A stretch of 63,701 bases of DNA from Haloarculaceae archaeon (GTDB lineage Archaea; Halobacteriota; Halobacteria; Halobacteriales; Haloarculaceae), in NCBI GenBank assembly GCA_036626395.1, contig JAZKRZ010000001.1, positions 1 through 63,701 on the forward strand, given 5' to 3'. The translations under genes and the position numbers were made by a program. Under the pieces are notes generated by a model. The model ran no database searches, was not told the origin of the DNA, and saw only the letters and a program-made list of their open reading frames with translations. Below are positions 29,550-38,237 of this stretch, one piece after another; position 1 is the first letter of the stretch, and every line of letters begins with the position of its first letter.

Positions 29550-30710
29550 ATGACACGCGACATCTGCGTGGTCGTGCCGACCATACGCGAGTACGAGTGC
29601 GTGCGAGCCTACGCCGAGAACGCCCGCGAACACGGGTTCGACCTCGACAGGACGGAGTTCGTCCTCGTCACCGAAGACTTCTGTGAGACGGCAGCGATGG
29701 AGGAGATGCTCGACGAGGAGGACCTCTCTGGCGAAGTCTTCGACGGCACGGCTCGCGAGCGGTGGTACCGCGAGCAGGGCATCGCGGAGCACGAACACGT
29801 CGTGCCCGCCGCGAGTCACGCCGAGACGAGTTTCGGCCTGCTGTACCTGTGGGCCGACGACTTCGAGTACGGCGTGTTCGTCGACGACGACACGCTTCCC
29901 CACCCCGACTACGACTTCTTCGGGCGCCACCTGCGCAATCTGGCCTACGAGGGCGAGGTCACGAGCGTCCGTTCGGACGAGCAGTGGGTGAACGTCCTCT
30001 ACCAGAACGCCGACGACCACGGCCTCTACCCGCGGGGGTACCCCTACAGCGCGATGGACGAAACCGTCGAGACCGGCGCCGAGTACGTCGACGACGTCGT
30101 CGCTTCCCAGGGGCTGTGGACCAACGTCCCGGACCTGGACGCGGTCCGCATCCTGATGGACGGGGACCTGCGCGGCCAGGCCGAGACGCGCCTCGACGCC
30201 GACGACTACGACGGGGACTTCGTCGCCGCGGAAGGCCAGTATCTCACCGTCTGCTCGATGAACCTCGCCTTCCGGCGGGAGGTCGTGCCCGCGTTCTACC
30301 AGCTACCCATGGACGACAACCCCTGGGACGTGGGTCGCTTTGACGACATCTGGAGCGGCGTCTTCCTCAAGCGGGCCTGCGACCTGCTCGGCAAGCAGAT
30401 CCACAGCGGCGCGCCGCTCTGTGAGCACAACAAGGCGCCCCGCTCGACCTTCGGCGACCTCGTCAACGAGGTGCCCGCGCTGGAACTCAACGAGCACGTC
30501 TGGGAGATAACCGACGACGCCGGAAGCGGGGCCGACTCCTTTGGGGTCGCCTTCGAGGCGATGGCCGACGCCCTCGTCGACGCCGATGTCGACTACGAGA
30601 ACGCCGATTTCCTCGCGTACGTCGGCGAACACATGCACGACTGGTTGACCGCCCTGGAGACGCTCGAACCGGGGACCACGACCGTCGAGGCGGCGACGGC
30701 GGACGACTGA
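29550..30710 (+). CDS. GT75-like protein (reversibly glycosylated polypeptide / UDP-arabinopyranose mutase family homologue)
   Basis: N-terminal DICVVVPTIRE matches the RGP signature (IVIPTIRN). Also has a DDD motif (VFVDDDT) and RGP-like length. Confidence 0.6.
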   Translation: MTRDICVVVPTIREYECVRAYAENAREHGFDLDRTEFVLVTEDFCETAAMEEMLDEEDLSGEVFDGTARERWYREQGIAEHEHVVPAASHAETSFGLLYLWADDFEYGVFVDDDTLPHPDYDFFGRHLRNLAYEGEVTSVRSDEQWVNVLYQNADDHGLYPRGYPYSAMDETVETGAEYVDDVVASQGLWTNVPDLDAVRILMDGDLRGQAETRLDADDYDGDFVAAEGQYLTVCSMNLAFRREVVPAFYQLPMDDNPWDVGRFDDIWSGVFLKRACDLLGKQIHSGAPLCEHNKAPRSTFGDLVNEVPALELNEHVWEITDDAGSGADSFGVAFEAMADALVDADVDYENADFLAYVGEHMHDWLTALETLEPGTTTVEAATADD

Positions 30711-30747
30711 ACCGACAGAGATAACCGACGCAGGACGACCACACACA

Positions 30748-31977
30748 ATGACGGACGACGACTCAATGACCGACCGTATCGACGACAGAACGCGACGCCG
30801 GGTCCTCGCTGCAGGGTTCGCTGGCGCCACGGGCCTTCTCGCCGGCTGCCAGGGCGGCGGCGACTCGACGCCGACTGACAGCGGCGATTCGACCCCGCCG
30901 GACGACGGCGGCGACGGCAGTGACGGCTCTGACGGCGGCGACGTCGCACCGGTCTCGGGAGACCCGCCCTGGTACGGGTCCGGCCCCGGCGCGTTCGAGG
31001 CACGGCCGGTCCCCGGCGGCACCTCCATGGAGGAGATGCCCGACCTGTCGGGCTCGTTACGGGTCTTCTCCGGGCGTGGCGAGGGACTGGTCGGTGACCT
31101 CGTCTCCTATCTCGACGAGCGCTACGACGGTTTCGACCCTCGGGTCACGTACGACACGGCGTCGGCGCTGGCCCAGCGAATCGACACCGAGGGCGGGAAC
31201 ACGCCCGCCGACGTGTTCTACTCGGTCAACGCCGGCGCCCTGGGCTTTCTCGCCGAGAACGACCGGACCGAGGGTCTGCCGGACGCGACAACGTCACTGG
31301 TCGGCGAGGAGTTCCGCGATGCCGACGGCCAGTGGGTCGGCACCTCCGGGCGCGCCAGAACGGTCCCGTACAACACCGAGACCGTCTCGGAATCCGCGGT
31401 CCCCGACGACATCATGGCCTTCCCCGACCTCACCGAGTTCGAGGGGGAGATCGGCTGGGCACCCACCTACTCTTCGTTCCAGGGCTTCGTCACGGCGATG
31501 ATCGAACTCGAGGGCGAGGGGGCCACCCGGGAGTGGCTCAACGGAATGCAGGAGTTGAACGTCCAGGGGTACTCCGACGAGTTCGCCATCGCCCAGGCGG
31601 TCGCTGACGGCGACCTCGCACTCGGGTTCACGAACCACTACTACATCCAGCGCGTCCTCGCCGGTCGGCCCGAGGCGCCCCTCGCGACGGCGTTCACCGA
31701 GGGCGACGCCGGCAGCGTCTTCAACGTGGCCGGCGCCGCCCGGGTCGCCGCCAGCGACCGCCGCGAACAGGCCGACCTGTTCGTACGTCATCTCCTCGCT
31801 TCGGAGGCCCAGGAGTACTTCGCGGTCCGGACCTTCGAGTACCCCCTGGTCTCGGGCGTCGAACCCGTGGGTCGGCTCCCGAGCATCGAGGAACTGAACG
31901 TCCCCGACATCGACCTGTCGGCGCTGTCGAATCTGGACAGCACGGTTCGGCTGCTCCGCGACGAGAACGTCCTCTGA
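30748..31977 (+). CDS. ABC transporter substrate-binding lipoprotein, Fe(III)/FbpA-like, Tat-exported
   Basis: Twin-arginine motif TRRRVL followed by the lipobox LLAGC. Family-1 SBP sequence resembling iron(III)-binding proteins. Confidence 0.75.
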   Translation: MTDDDSMTDRIDDRTRRRVLAAGFAGATGLLAGCQGGGDSTPTDSGDSTPPDDGGDGSDGSDGGDVAPVSGDPPWYGSGPGAFEARPVPGGTSMEEMPDLSGSLRVFSGRGEGLVGDLVSYLDERYDGFDPRVTYDTASALAQRIDTEGGNTPADVFYSVNAGALGFLAENDRTEGLPDATTSLVGEEFRDADGQWVGTSGRARTVPYNTETVSESAVPDDIMAFPDLTEFEGEIGWAPTYSSFQGFVTAMIELEGEGATREWLNGMQELNVQGYSDEFAIAQAVADGDLALGFTNHYYIQRVLAGRPEAPLATAFTEGDAGSVFNVAGAARVAASDRREQADLFVRHLLASEAQEYFAVRTFEYPLVSGVEPVGRLPSIEELNVPDIDLSALSNLDSTVRLLRDENVL

Positions 31978-33599
31978 TGGCCGACACCGAGACCACGCCC
32001 GCGTCCGGACTGCGCGCCGCCAGGGAGGCACTCGCCTCCCGCGTGCTCGTCGTCCTCGCCGGGCTGGTCTCGGTCGTCGTCCTGCTCCCGCTGTCCTGGA
32101 TGGTCATCGCCGGCGGTCGGGTGCTACAGACCGGTGAAGTCGCCGCCATCCTCCTCCGTTCCCAGACGCTCGGTATCGTCGCCAACAGCCTCCTGCTGAC
32201 GGTCGTCGTGACCGGCGGGTCGATCCTGATCGGCGTCCCGCTGGCGTACCTCACGACCCGATGTAACCTCCCGTTCCGCCGGTCTGTCACCGTCGCCCTG
32301 GCGATGCCGCTGGTCATCCCCAGTTACATCGGCGCGTTCGCGTTCGCCTCGGCCTTCGCCCCCCGCGGCGAGGTCCAGTCGTTGCTCGAACCGTACGGCG
32401 TCGAGTCCATCCCCGGCATCTACGGGCTCCCCGGCGCGGCACTGGTCATCACTCTCTACACCTATCCCTACGTGTTCATCACCACCCGGGCCGCGCTCAA
32501 GTCGCTGGACACCAGGCTCGTCGACGCCGCGCGCACGCTCAGACACACGCCCTGGCAGGCGTTTCGCCGGGTGACACTGCCCCAGATACGCCCCGCCGTC
32601 TCGGCGGGGTCGTTGCTCGTCGCGCTGTACGCCATCTCCGATTTCGGGACGCCGGCCATCCTCCGGTACGACGTGTTCACCCGCGCCATCTACGTCGAGT
32701 TCAACGCCTTCGGCCGGGACACCGCGGCGATGCTCTCGGTCGTGCTCGTGCTCGTCACGTTCGGAATTTTGGCCCTGGAACGCCGCTACAGCGGCGGCGA
32801 CCACGTCGAGACGACCCGCGGACACGCCAGCGCGGCGCGCATCGACCTCGGTCGCTGGCGGTGGCCCGCTCTCGTCCCGTGTCTGGTCGTCGCGAGCCTC
32901 GCGCTCGTGGTGCCACTGGCCATCCTGGGACTCTGGCTCGTCCGCCCGAGCGGCGGGATGGCCATCGCCTTCGGCTTCGAACACGTCGCCAACTCCGTGG
33001 GCGTCGCCGCGGGAGCGGCCCTGGTCGCGGCCGTCGTCGGTCTCCCCATCGCCCACCTCTCGGCCCGCGGCGACTCCCGACTGGCGACGCTGTTCGAACG
33101 GGCCTCCTACGTCGGCTACGCCGTCCCCGGCATCATCGTCGGCATCGCGCTGGTCTTCCTGGGCGCGCGCTTCGGCGGTGACCTCTACCAGACCGGCGCG
33201 CTCGCGTTCCCGCTGCTCCTCTACGCCTACGTCGTCCGCTTTCTCCCCCAGGCCGTCGGCTCCACGCGCGCCTCGATCCTCCGTGTCAGCCCCGCGCTCC
33301 CGGAGGCCGCCCGGTCGCTCGGCCGGTCGCCCCTGGGCGCCTTTCGCTCGGTCACCCTGCCCCTCATAGCGCCGGGGCAGGTCGGCGGTGGCGCACTCGT
33401 CTTCCTCACGACGATGAAAGAACTCCCCGCGACGCTCATGCTCCGGCCCGCGGGGTTCGAGACGCTGGTCACGTTCGTCTGGCGGGCCGAGCGCTCGGCG
33501 GCCTACGGCTCCGCCGCGCTCCCCGCGCTGGTGCTCGTGCTCGTCTCCGCGTGCTCGATGCTCGTCATCCTGAGCATGGAAGGGTACAGCGTCGAGTGA
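31977..33599 (+). CDS. ABC transporter permease (duplicated FbpB-like, about 12 TM)
   Basis: 540 aa with two EAA-type permease repeats. Its start overlaps the SBP stop. Confidence 0.85.
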   Translation: MADTETTPASGLRAAREALASRVLVVLAGLVSVVVLLPLSWMVIAGGRVLQTGEVAAILLRSQTLGIVANSLLLTVVVTGGSILIGVPLAYLTTRCNLPFRRSVTVALAMPLVIPSYIGAFAFASAFAPRGEVQSLLEPYGVESIPGIYGLPGAALVITLYTYPYVFITTRAALKSLDTRLVDAARTLRHTPWQAFRRVTLPQIRPAVSAGSLLVALYAISDFGTPAILRYDVFTRAIYVEFNAFGRDTAAMLSVVLVLVTFGILALERRYSGGDHVETTRGHASAARIDLGRWRWPALVPCLVVASLALVVPLAILGLWLVRPSGGMAIAFGFEHVANSVGVAAGAALVAAVVGLPIAHLSARGDSRLATLFERASYVGYAVPGIIVGIALVFLGARFGGDLYQTGALAFPLLLYAYVVRFLPQAVGSTRASILRVSPALPEAARSLGRSPLGAFRSVTLPLIAPGQVGGGALVFLTTMKELPATLMLRPAGFETLVTFVWRAERSAAYGSAALPALVLVLVSACSMLVILSMEGYSVE

Positions 33600-33643
33600 G
33601 CCCACCTCGGCCCGTTTTCGGCTCTCGGGACGAACCCGATGGC

Positions 33644-33659
33644 TTTAGGGCACCCTAAA
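33644..33659. promoter_or_regulatory. Palindromic motif site s6, TTTAGG-GCAC-CCTAAA (perfect)
   Basis: Perfect palindrome in the 125-bp gap between the permease stop and the ATPase start. Confidence 0.6.
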
Positions 33660-33724
33660 TCGTATCGACACACAGATGGACGTTTCCGGACGGTCTCTGT
33701 GGCGGCGGGCACCGGGGTGGTCCC

Positions 33725-34930
33725 GTGTCCGATAGCCACGCCGGTTCGAAAGAGCGGGCGCGGGCGGGCCGGCCCGACGAGGACCCGGTCCTCGAACTCG
33801 ACGGCGTGACCAAGCGGTTCGGCGACGAACCCGTCGTCGAGGACATGGACCTGGCAGTCCGGGACGGGGAACTGCTCACTCTGTTGGGTCCGTCGGGGTG
33901 TGGCAAGACCACCACCCTCAGGCTCATCGCCGGTCTGGAGGAACCCGACGCCGGGGAGATCCGCCTCCGTGGCGAGCGCGTCGCCGGCGGCGACAGTTTC
34001 GTCGCGCCCGAGACTCGCGACGTCGGCATCGTCTTCCAGGAGTTCGCCCTGTTCCCGCACAAGACGGCCGCCGAGAACGTGGCCTTCGGTCTCCACGACC
34101 GCACCGAGACCGAACGCCGCGAGCGGGTCGACGAACTGCTGGACCTGGTTGGGCTGACCGAACACCGCGACAGCTATCCGGACGAACTCTCCGGGGGCCA
34201 GCAACAGCGGGTCGCGCTCGCGCGGTCGCTCGCGCCCGAACCGCAACTGCTCCTGCTCGACGAACCGTTCTCGAATCTCGACGTCGACCTCCGGGTACAG
34301 ATGCGCGAGGAGGTCCGCTCGATACTGAAGGCGGCGGGCGTCACCGCCATCTCCGTGACCCACGACCAGGAGGAGGCCATGTCGATAAGCGACCGGGTGG
34401 CCGTCGTCAGCAACGGCGCTATCGAACAGGTCGGCGACCCCGAGGAGGTGTTCCAGCACCCCGAGTCGCGCTTCGTCGCCTCGTTCCTCGGTCACGCGAG
34501 TTTCGTCTCCGGGGTCATCCGCGACGACTACGTCGACACCGGCCTCGGGAAGGTGCCCGTCGACCGCGTCCACGGCCTGACCGAGATTTACGACGGCGCG
34601 GAGGTCGACCTCCTCGTCCGTCCCGACGACGTCTCCGTCGAGAGCGTCCCGGACATCGAGGCCAACGGCGAAGTCGTCCACCGGCGGTTCCTGGGCCCGA
34701 GCGTCTTCTACCGGGTCGAACTCGACAGCGGCGATGTCGTCGGCTGTACCCACAACCACGAACACCGGGTCCCTCGCGACCGGCCGGTGCGCGTCGACCT
34801 CGACGCCGACCACGACCTCTCGTGGTTCCCCGACGACGTCGATACCGTGCCAGAGACCTTCGACAGTGGCCGCCACGCCGGAGAGACGCCCGACACCCGC
34901 GACCTGACCGTCGACCCCGTCGACGAGTAG
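33725..34930 (+). CDS. ABC transporter ATP-binding protein (FbpC/PotA-like with a C-terminal TOBE-type domain)
   Basis: Walker A GPSGCGKTT, signature LSGGQQQRV, Walker B LLLLDEP. GTG start. Confidence 0.85.
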   Translation: MSDSHAGSKERARAGRPDEDPVLELDGVTKRFGDEPVVEDMDLAVRDGELLTLLGPSGCGKTTTLRLIAGLEEPDAGEIRLRGERVAGGDSFVAPETRDVGIVFQEFALFPHKTAAENVAFGLHDRTETERRERVDELLDLVGLTEHRDSYPDELSGGQQQRVALARSLAPEPQLLLLDEPFSNLDVDLRVQMREEVRSILKAAGVTAISVTHDQEEAMSISDRVAVVSNGAIEQVGDPEEVFQHPESRFVASFLGHASFVSGVIRDDYVDTGLGKVPVDRVHGLTEIYDGAEVDLLVRPDDVSVESVPDIEANGEVVHRRFLGPSVFYRVELDSGDVVGCTHNHEHRVPRDRPVRVDLDADHDLSWFPDDVDTVPETFDSGRHAGETPDTRDLTVDPVDE

Positions 34931-34932
34931 CG

Positions 34933-37185
34933 ATGGGAGACGACCGCGGCGGAACCGTCGCCGGCCGCGTGACGACCGCGCTGGGCGGCCTCCGCCGGCG
35001 GGCCCGGCGTCGTCCCGCCACGGTCGCCATCGCCGTCCTCGCCGCGGCGGGCGCTGCGGTGGTCTTTTTCGTCGCTCACGACCTCTTTCCGTACCACTCG
35101 GTCAACCACGACGAGGGGGTCTACCTCCAGCAGGCCGCGATGTTCCTGGAGGGGAAACTCCTGCTCGAACCCCCCGTTCCCGAGGCGGTCCGTCCCTGGT
35201 TTTTCGTCGCCGACGACGGCCGACTCTACCCCAAGTACGGCCCCGGTACCGCGCTCGTGTTCGCGCCGGGCGTGGCGCTGGGCGTCCCCAGACTGGTCCT
35301 CGCCGCCGTCGCCGGAGTCTCGGCGGCCTGCGTCGGGCTCCTGGGACGGGCGGCCTTCGACGGTCGCGTCGGCGCCGTCGCGGCGGGCCTCCTCCTGACC
35401 GCACCGCTCTTCGTCGTCAATTCCGCCACCTTCCTCTCGTACGCTCCTACTACCGCTCTCAACCTCGTCTTCGCGCTGTCGTACGTCCGCGCGCTCCGCC
35501 GCCGGCGGCTCCGGTACGCTGCCCTCGCCGGCCTCGCGGTCGGGTTCGCCTTCCTGTCACGTCCCTACACCGCACTCCTGTTCGCGCTTCCGTTCGTCGT
35601 CCACGCGCTCGTCACGCTCGGGGGGGCGTGGTACCGTCACCGTCGCGTGACTGACGCGGAAAGCGACAGCGAGGGCCGTCACCCGCCGTGGGGCGTGACG
35701 CGACGGCTGGGCCTCGTCGCTGCGGTCGGCACCGCGTTCGTCGGCCTCACGCTCGGGTACAACTGGGTCCTGACCGGGGACCCGCTCGTCTTCCCCTACC
35801 AGGCGTTCGCCCCCGAGGACGGGGTCGGCTTCGGCCACCGTGAAATACTCGGCCACGAACGCGACTACACCGTCGAGGTCGCGCTCGACGCCAATCGCCG
35901 CGTTCTCCGGCAACTGGTCACGCGCTGGGGCCCGCTGGGCTGGCTCGGGTCCACGCTCGCGGCCGTCGGACTCGTCTCTTCCGTCGCCGGTCAGGTCGGG
36001 CGTCGACTCCTCGACCACCCGTCGGAACCCTCGAACGCGGGTGGCCGGCGCGCTGCCGGCGGGCCGCTGTCGGACCCCACCCTGCAGGCACTCCTCGCCG
36101 CGCTGTTCGTGACCGTCTCCCTCGGCAACCTGGCTTTCTGGGGCAACCTGAACGTCCTGGGTGCCGTCGAGGACCCGACGGACGGACTGGTCGCGTCCCT
36201 CGGCCCGTTCTACCACTTCGACCTCTTGCTCCCGCTCTCGGTGTTCGCCGGGGCGGGCGTCGTGACCGCCGGCGACCGTCTCCGTGCGCTCTCGCGGCGT
36301 CTGGACGGCCCCCTCGACCGGGCGGCAGTCAGAAACGGGGCGCTCGCTCTCGTCCTCGTAGCCGCACTCGCCGGCGGAGCGAGCGTGGGCGAGTCGGCGT
36401 TCGAAGACCCCGTGGACCGAAACGCGGAGTACCGGGATACCCTCGCGACAGTGTACGAGCCCTTCGAACGGACCGACCTCGAGAACGCGCTGGTGTTCGT
36501 CCCGACGCCGCTGGGGCCGTGGCTGAACCACCCGTTCCAGCGGCTCCGCAACGACCCCTCTTTCGACGGGGGGACGGTGTACGTCATGGACCGCGGTGCC
36601 GGGGGGGACGCCACCAGTCTCGCGGCGTTCCCCGACCGCACCCCCTACCGGTTCACGTACCGTGACGAGTGGTCGCCGTTCGAGACGGTGACACCGACCC
36701 TCGAGCGGCTCTCGGTACGCTCGGGGGACCGGCTCGACGTGTCGACGACCACCGGCGTGGTCGCCGGGGCCCAGACCGCTTCCGTCCGCGTCGCGGCCGG
36801 CGGCGAGACGCTCCACTACGGCGTCCAGCGCGTCGATGGACCCGCCGAGACGGTGAACTGGACCCTCTCTCCGGAGGGAGTCACGGTCGATTCGAGGGGG
36901 CTGCGGCGCTATAGCGGCGCGTCGTCGCTCGCACTGGACGGCCCGACGACGGTCACGCTCTCGGTCACGTACGTCCAGGCCGGGGGGGCGACGATCAGCT
37001 ACGTCCAGGAACTGACGGTACTCGGGACGGAGACGGGGGCGGGCGTGCGGGTCCTCTGGCCGCCGGAAGCGCGCGTCTGCCGACTCACGACCGACTGCGG
37101 GCGGGCTGGAACGTACCTCCCGGGGGGCGACTACGCGACCGGCGTCTCGCTGTCGACGAACCTGACCGGCACACAGGACGAGTGA
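34933..37185 (+). CDS. GT-C fold glycosyltransferase (PMT/ArnT, GT39/GT83-like), 750 aa
   Basis: The real frame begins at ATG 34933, 2 nt after the ATPase stop. The N-terminal half has about 10 or more TM helices, with a first-loop DE motif (NHDEGVY, codons at 35110-15). A large soluble C-terminal domain follows. No AglB WWDYG motif. Confidence 0.7.
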   Translation: MGDDRGGTVAGRVTTALGGLRRRARRRPATVAIAVLAAAGAAVVFFVAHDLFPYHSVNHDEGVYLQQAAMFLEGKLLLEPPVPEAVRPWFFVADDGRLYPKYGPGTALVFAPGVALGVPRLVLAAVAGVSAACVGLLGRAAFDGRVGAVAAGLLLTAPLFVVNSATFLSYAPTTALNLVFALSYVRALRRRRLRYAALAGLAVGFAFLSRPYTALLFALPFVVHALVTLGGAWYRHRRVTDAESDSEGRHPPWGVTRRLGLVAAVGTAFVGLTLGYNWVLTGDPLVFPYQAFAPEDGVGFGHREILGHERDYTVEVALDANRRVLRQLVTRWGPLGWLGSTLAAVGLVSSVAGQVGRRLLDHPSEPSNAGGRRAAGGPLSDPTLQALLAALFVTVSLGNLAFWGNLNVLGAVEDPTDGLVASLGPFYHFDLLLPLSVFAGAGVVTAGDRLRALSRRLDGPLDRAAVRNGALALVLVAALAGGASVGESAFEDPVDRNAEYRDTLATVYEPFERTDLENALVFVPTPLGPWLNHPFQRLRNDPSFDGGTVYVMDRGAGGDATSLAAFPDRTPYRFTYRDEWSPFETVTPTLERLSVRSGDRLDVSTTTGVVAGAQTASVRVAAGGETLHYGVQRVDGPAETVNWTLSPEGVTVDSRGLRRYSGASSLALDGPTTVTLSVTYVQAGGATISYVQELTVLGTETGAGVRVLWPPEARVCRLTTDCGRAGTYLPGGDYATGVSLSTNLTGTQDE

Positions 37186-37293
37186 TACTGTCGGACACAA
37201 GTACGTGAACACACTTGCTGGGAACACACTATCGAAACGCCCGTTCCGGGTCGAACGAGCCACCGACGGTGGCCTCACTTGTGTCCGACAGTA
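37186..37293 (+). mobile_element. MITE-like element, family A, copy A3 (108 bp)
   Basis: Flanked by direct TGA (37183-85 and 37294-96). The left TGA is the stop codon of the GT-C gene. Confidence 0.85.
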
Positions 37294-37406
37294 TGAGGAG
37301 GGGGCGGACAGCCGAGACGGCGTCAGCCTGCCTCCCCGGGAACCCCGTCGAGCCAGTCGGGCCGGACTATCGGCGCCGATACTGCGGAAAACCCGCGTCG
37401 CGGCGT

Positions 37407-38162
37407 TCAGCGGCGCCGCTCTTCGAAACCCACCCGCAGGATCGACTTCGCGATCGCGGCCCCGCCCACGAACGGGTCGAGTTTCGTCTCGCCCGTGCGC
37501 TCGTGATAGGGGATAGGGACCTCGCGAACGTCGTAGTCCCGCATGACCGGTCGCATGAGGAGTTCCGCCGAGAGGCCGGTGTTCTCGGTCCAGGCGATGG
37601 ACTCGACCACTTCGCGGCGGTAGGCTCGCATCCCGGTCGTCGTATCGCGGAGGCGCCGACCCACGAGCGCGCTCGCCAGCAGCGCGAAGGCGCGATTGCC
37701 TGCGCGGTTGAGCGCCGGCATCGAGTCCGCCCCCGGGGAGATCCGGTCGCCGCTGACGACGTCCGCGCCGTCGTTTATCGCCTTCAGGAAGCGGGGGAGT
37801 TCCTCCATCGGGTAGGTGTCGTCGCAGTCGGTGGTGACGACGACCGGTCTGTCGGCCGCCAGCAGCGCCGCCCGCACGGCCACGCCGTATCCCTGGGGGT
37901 CCTGTTCTATCACGCGCGCACCGTGGTCCCTCGCGACCTCCGGCGTCCGGTCGTCCGACCCGTCGACGCAGACGACCGACGCCCGCCCGTCGGTCACCGA
38001 ATCGATGTCCGACAGCACTGCCCCGACCGCAGCCTGTTCGTTGTACGTACCCATCACCACTGCGACGTCGTCGAACGTGAACTGACTCTCCCGCTCTCCG
38101 GTGTCGGGTCGCGCCCGTGGCTTTTCCCCGGGGTCGGCGCTCCGGCGCGTCGTGTCACTCAT
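37407..38162 (-). CDS. GT2 glycosyltransferase, dolichyl-phosphate hexose synthase-like (Dpm1/AglD/AglJ type)
   Basis: VVMGTYNE start of a GT-A fold, a DGSDD motif and a TDCDDTY (DxD) motif; 251 aa. Confidence 0.75.
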   Translation of the reverse strand: MSDTTRRSADPGEKPRARPDTGERESQFTFDDVAVVMGTYNEQAAVGAVLSDIDSVTDGRASVVCVDGSDDRTPEVARDHGARVIEQDPQGYGVAVRAALLAADRPVVVTTDCDDTYPMEELPRFLKAINDGADVVSGDRISPGADSMPALNRAGNRAFALLASALVGRRLRDTTTGMRAYRREVVESIAWTENTGLSAELLMRPVMRDYDVREVPIPYHERTGETKLDPFVGGAAIAKSILRVGFEERRR

Positions 38163-38195
38163 CGCTAGCCTATCACGACCCGACCCTCTTGAGTT

Positions 38196-38211
38196 TTTAG
38201 GTTCGCCAAAA
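38196..38211. promoter_or_regulatory. Palindromic motif site s7, TTTAGG-TTCG-CCAAAA
   Basis: 15/16 match, 34 nt upstream of the GT2 ATG and 27 nt downstream of the regulator gene stop. Confidence 0.5.
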
Positions 38212-38237
38212 AGATGGCGCTCGACCGGCCCACCCCC

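Noticed and set aside
37360-37385. GCCGATACTGCGG downstream of A3 and TGATACGT at 14908-14915, considered as additional degraded MITE ends.
   Set aside because: The matches are only 7-8 nt, so they are too short to call as elements. The 14908 case is mentioned only as a weak hint in the DUF21-CBS finding.
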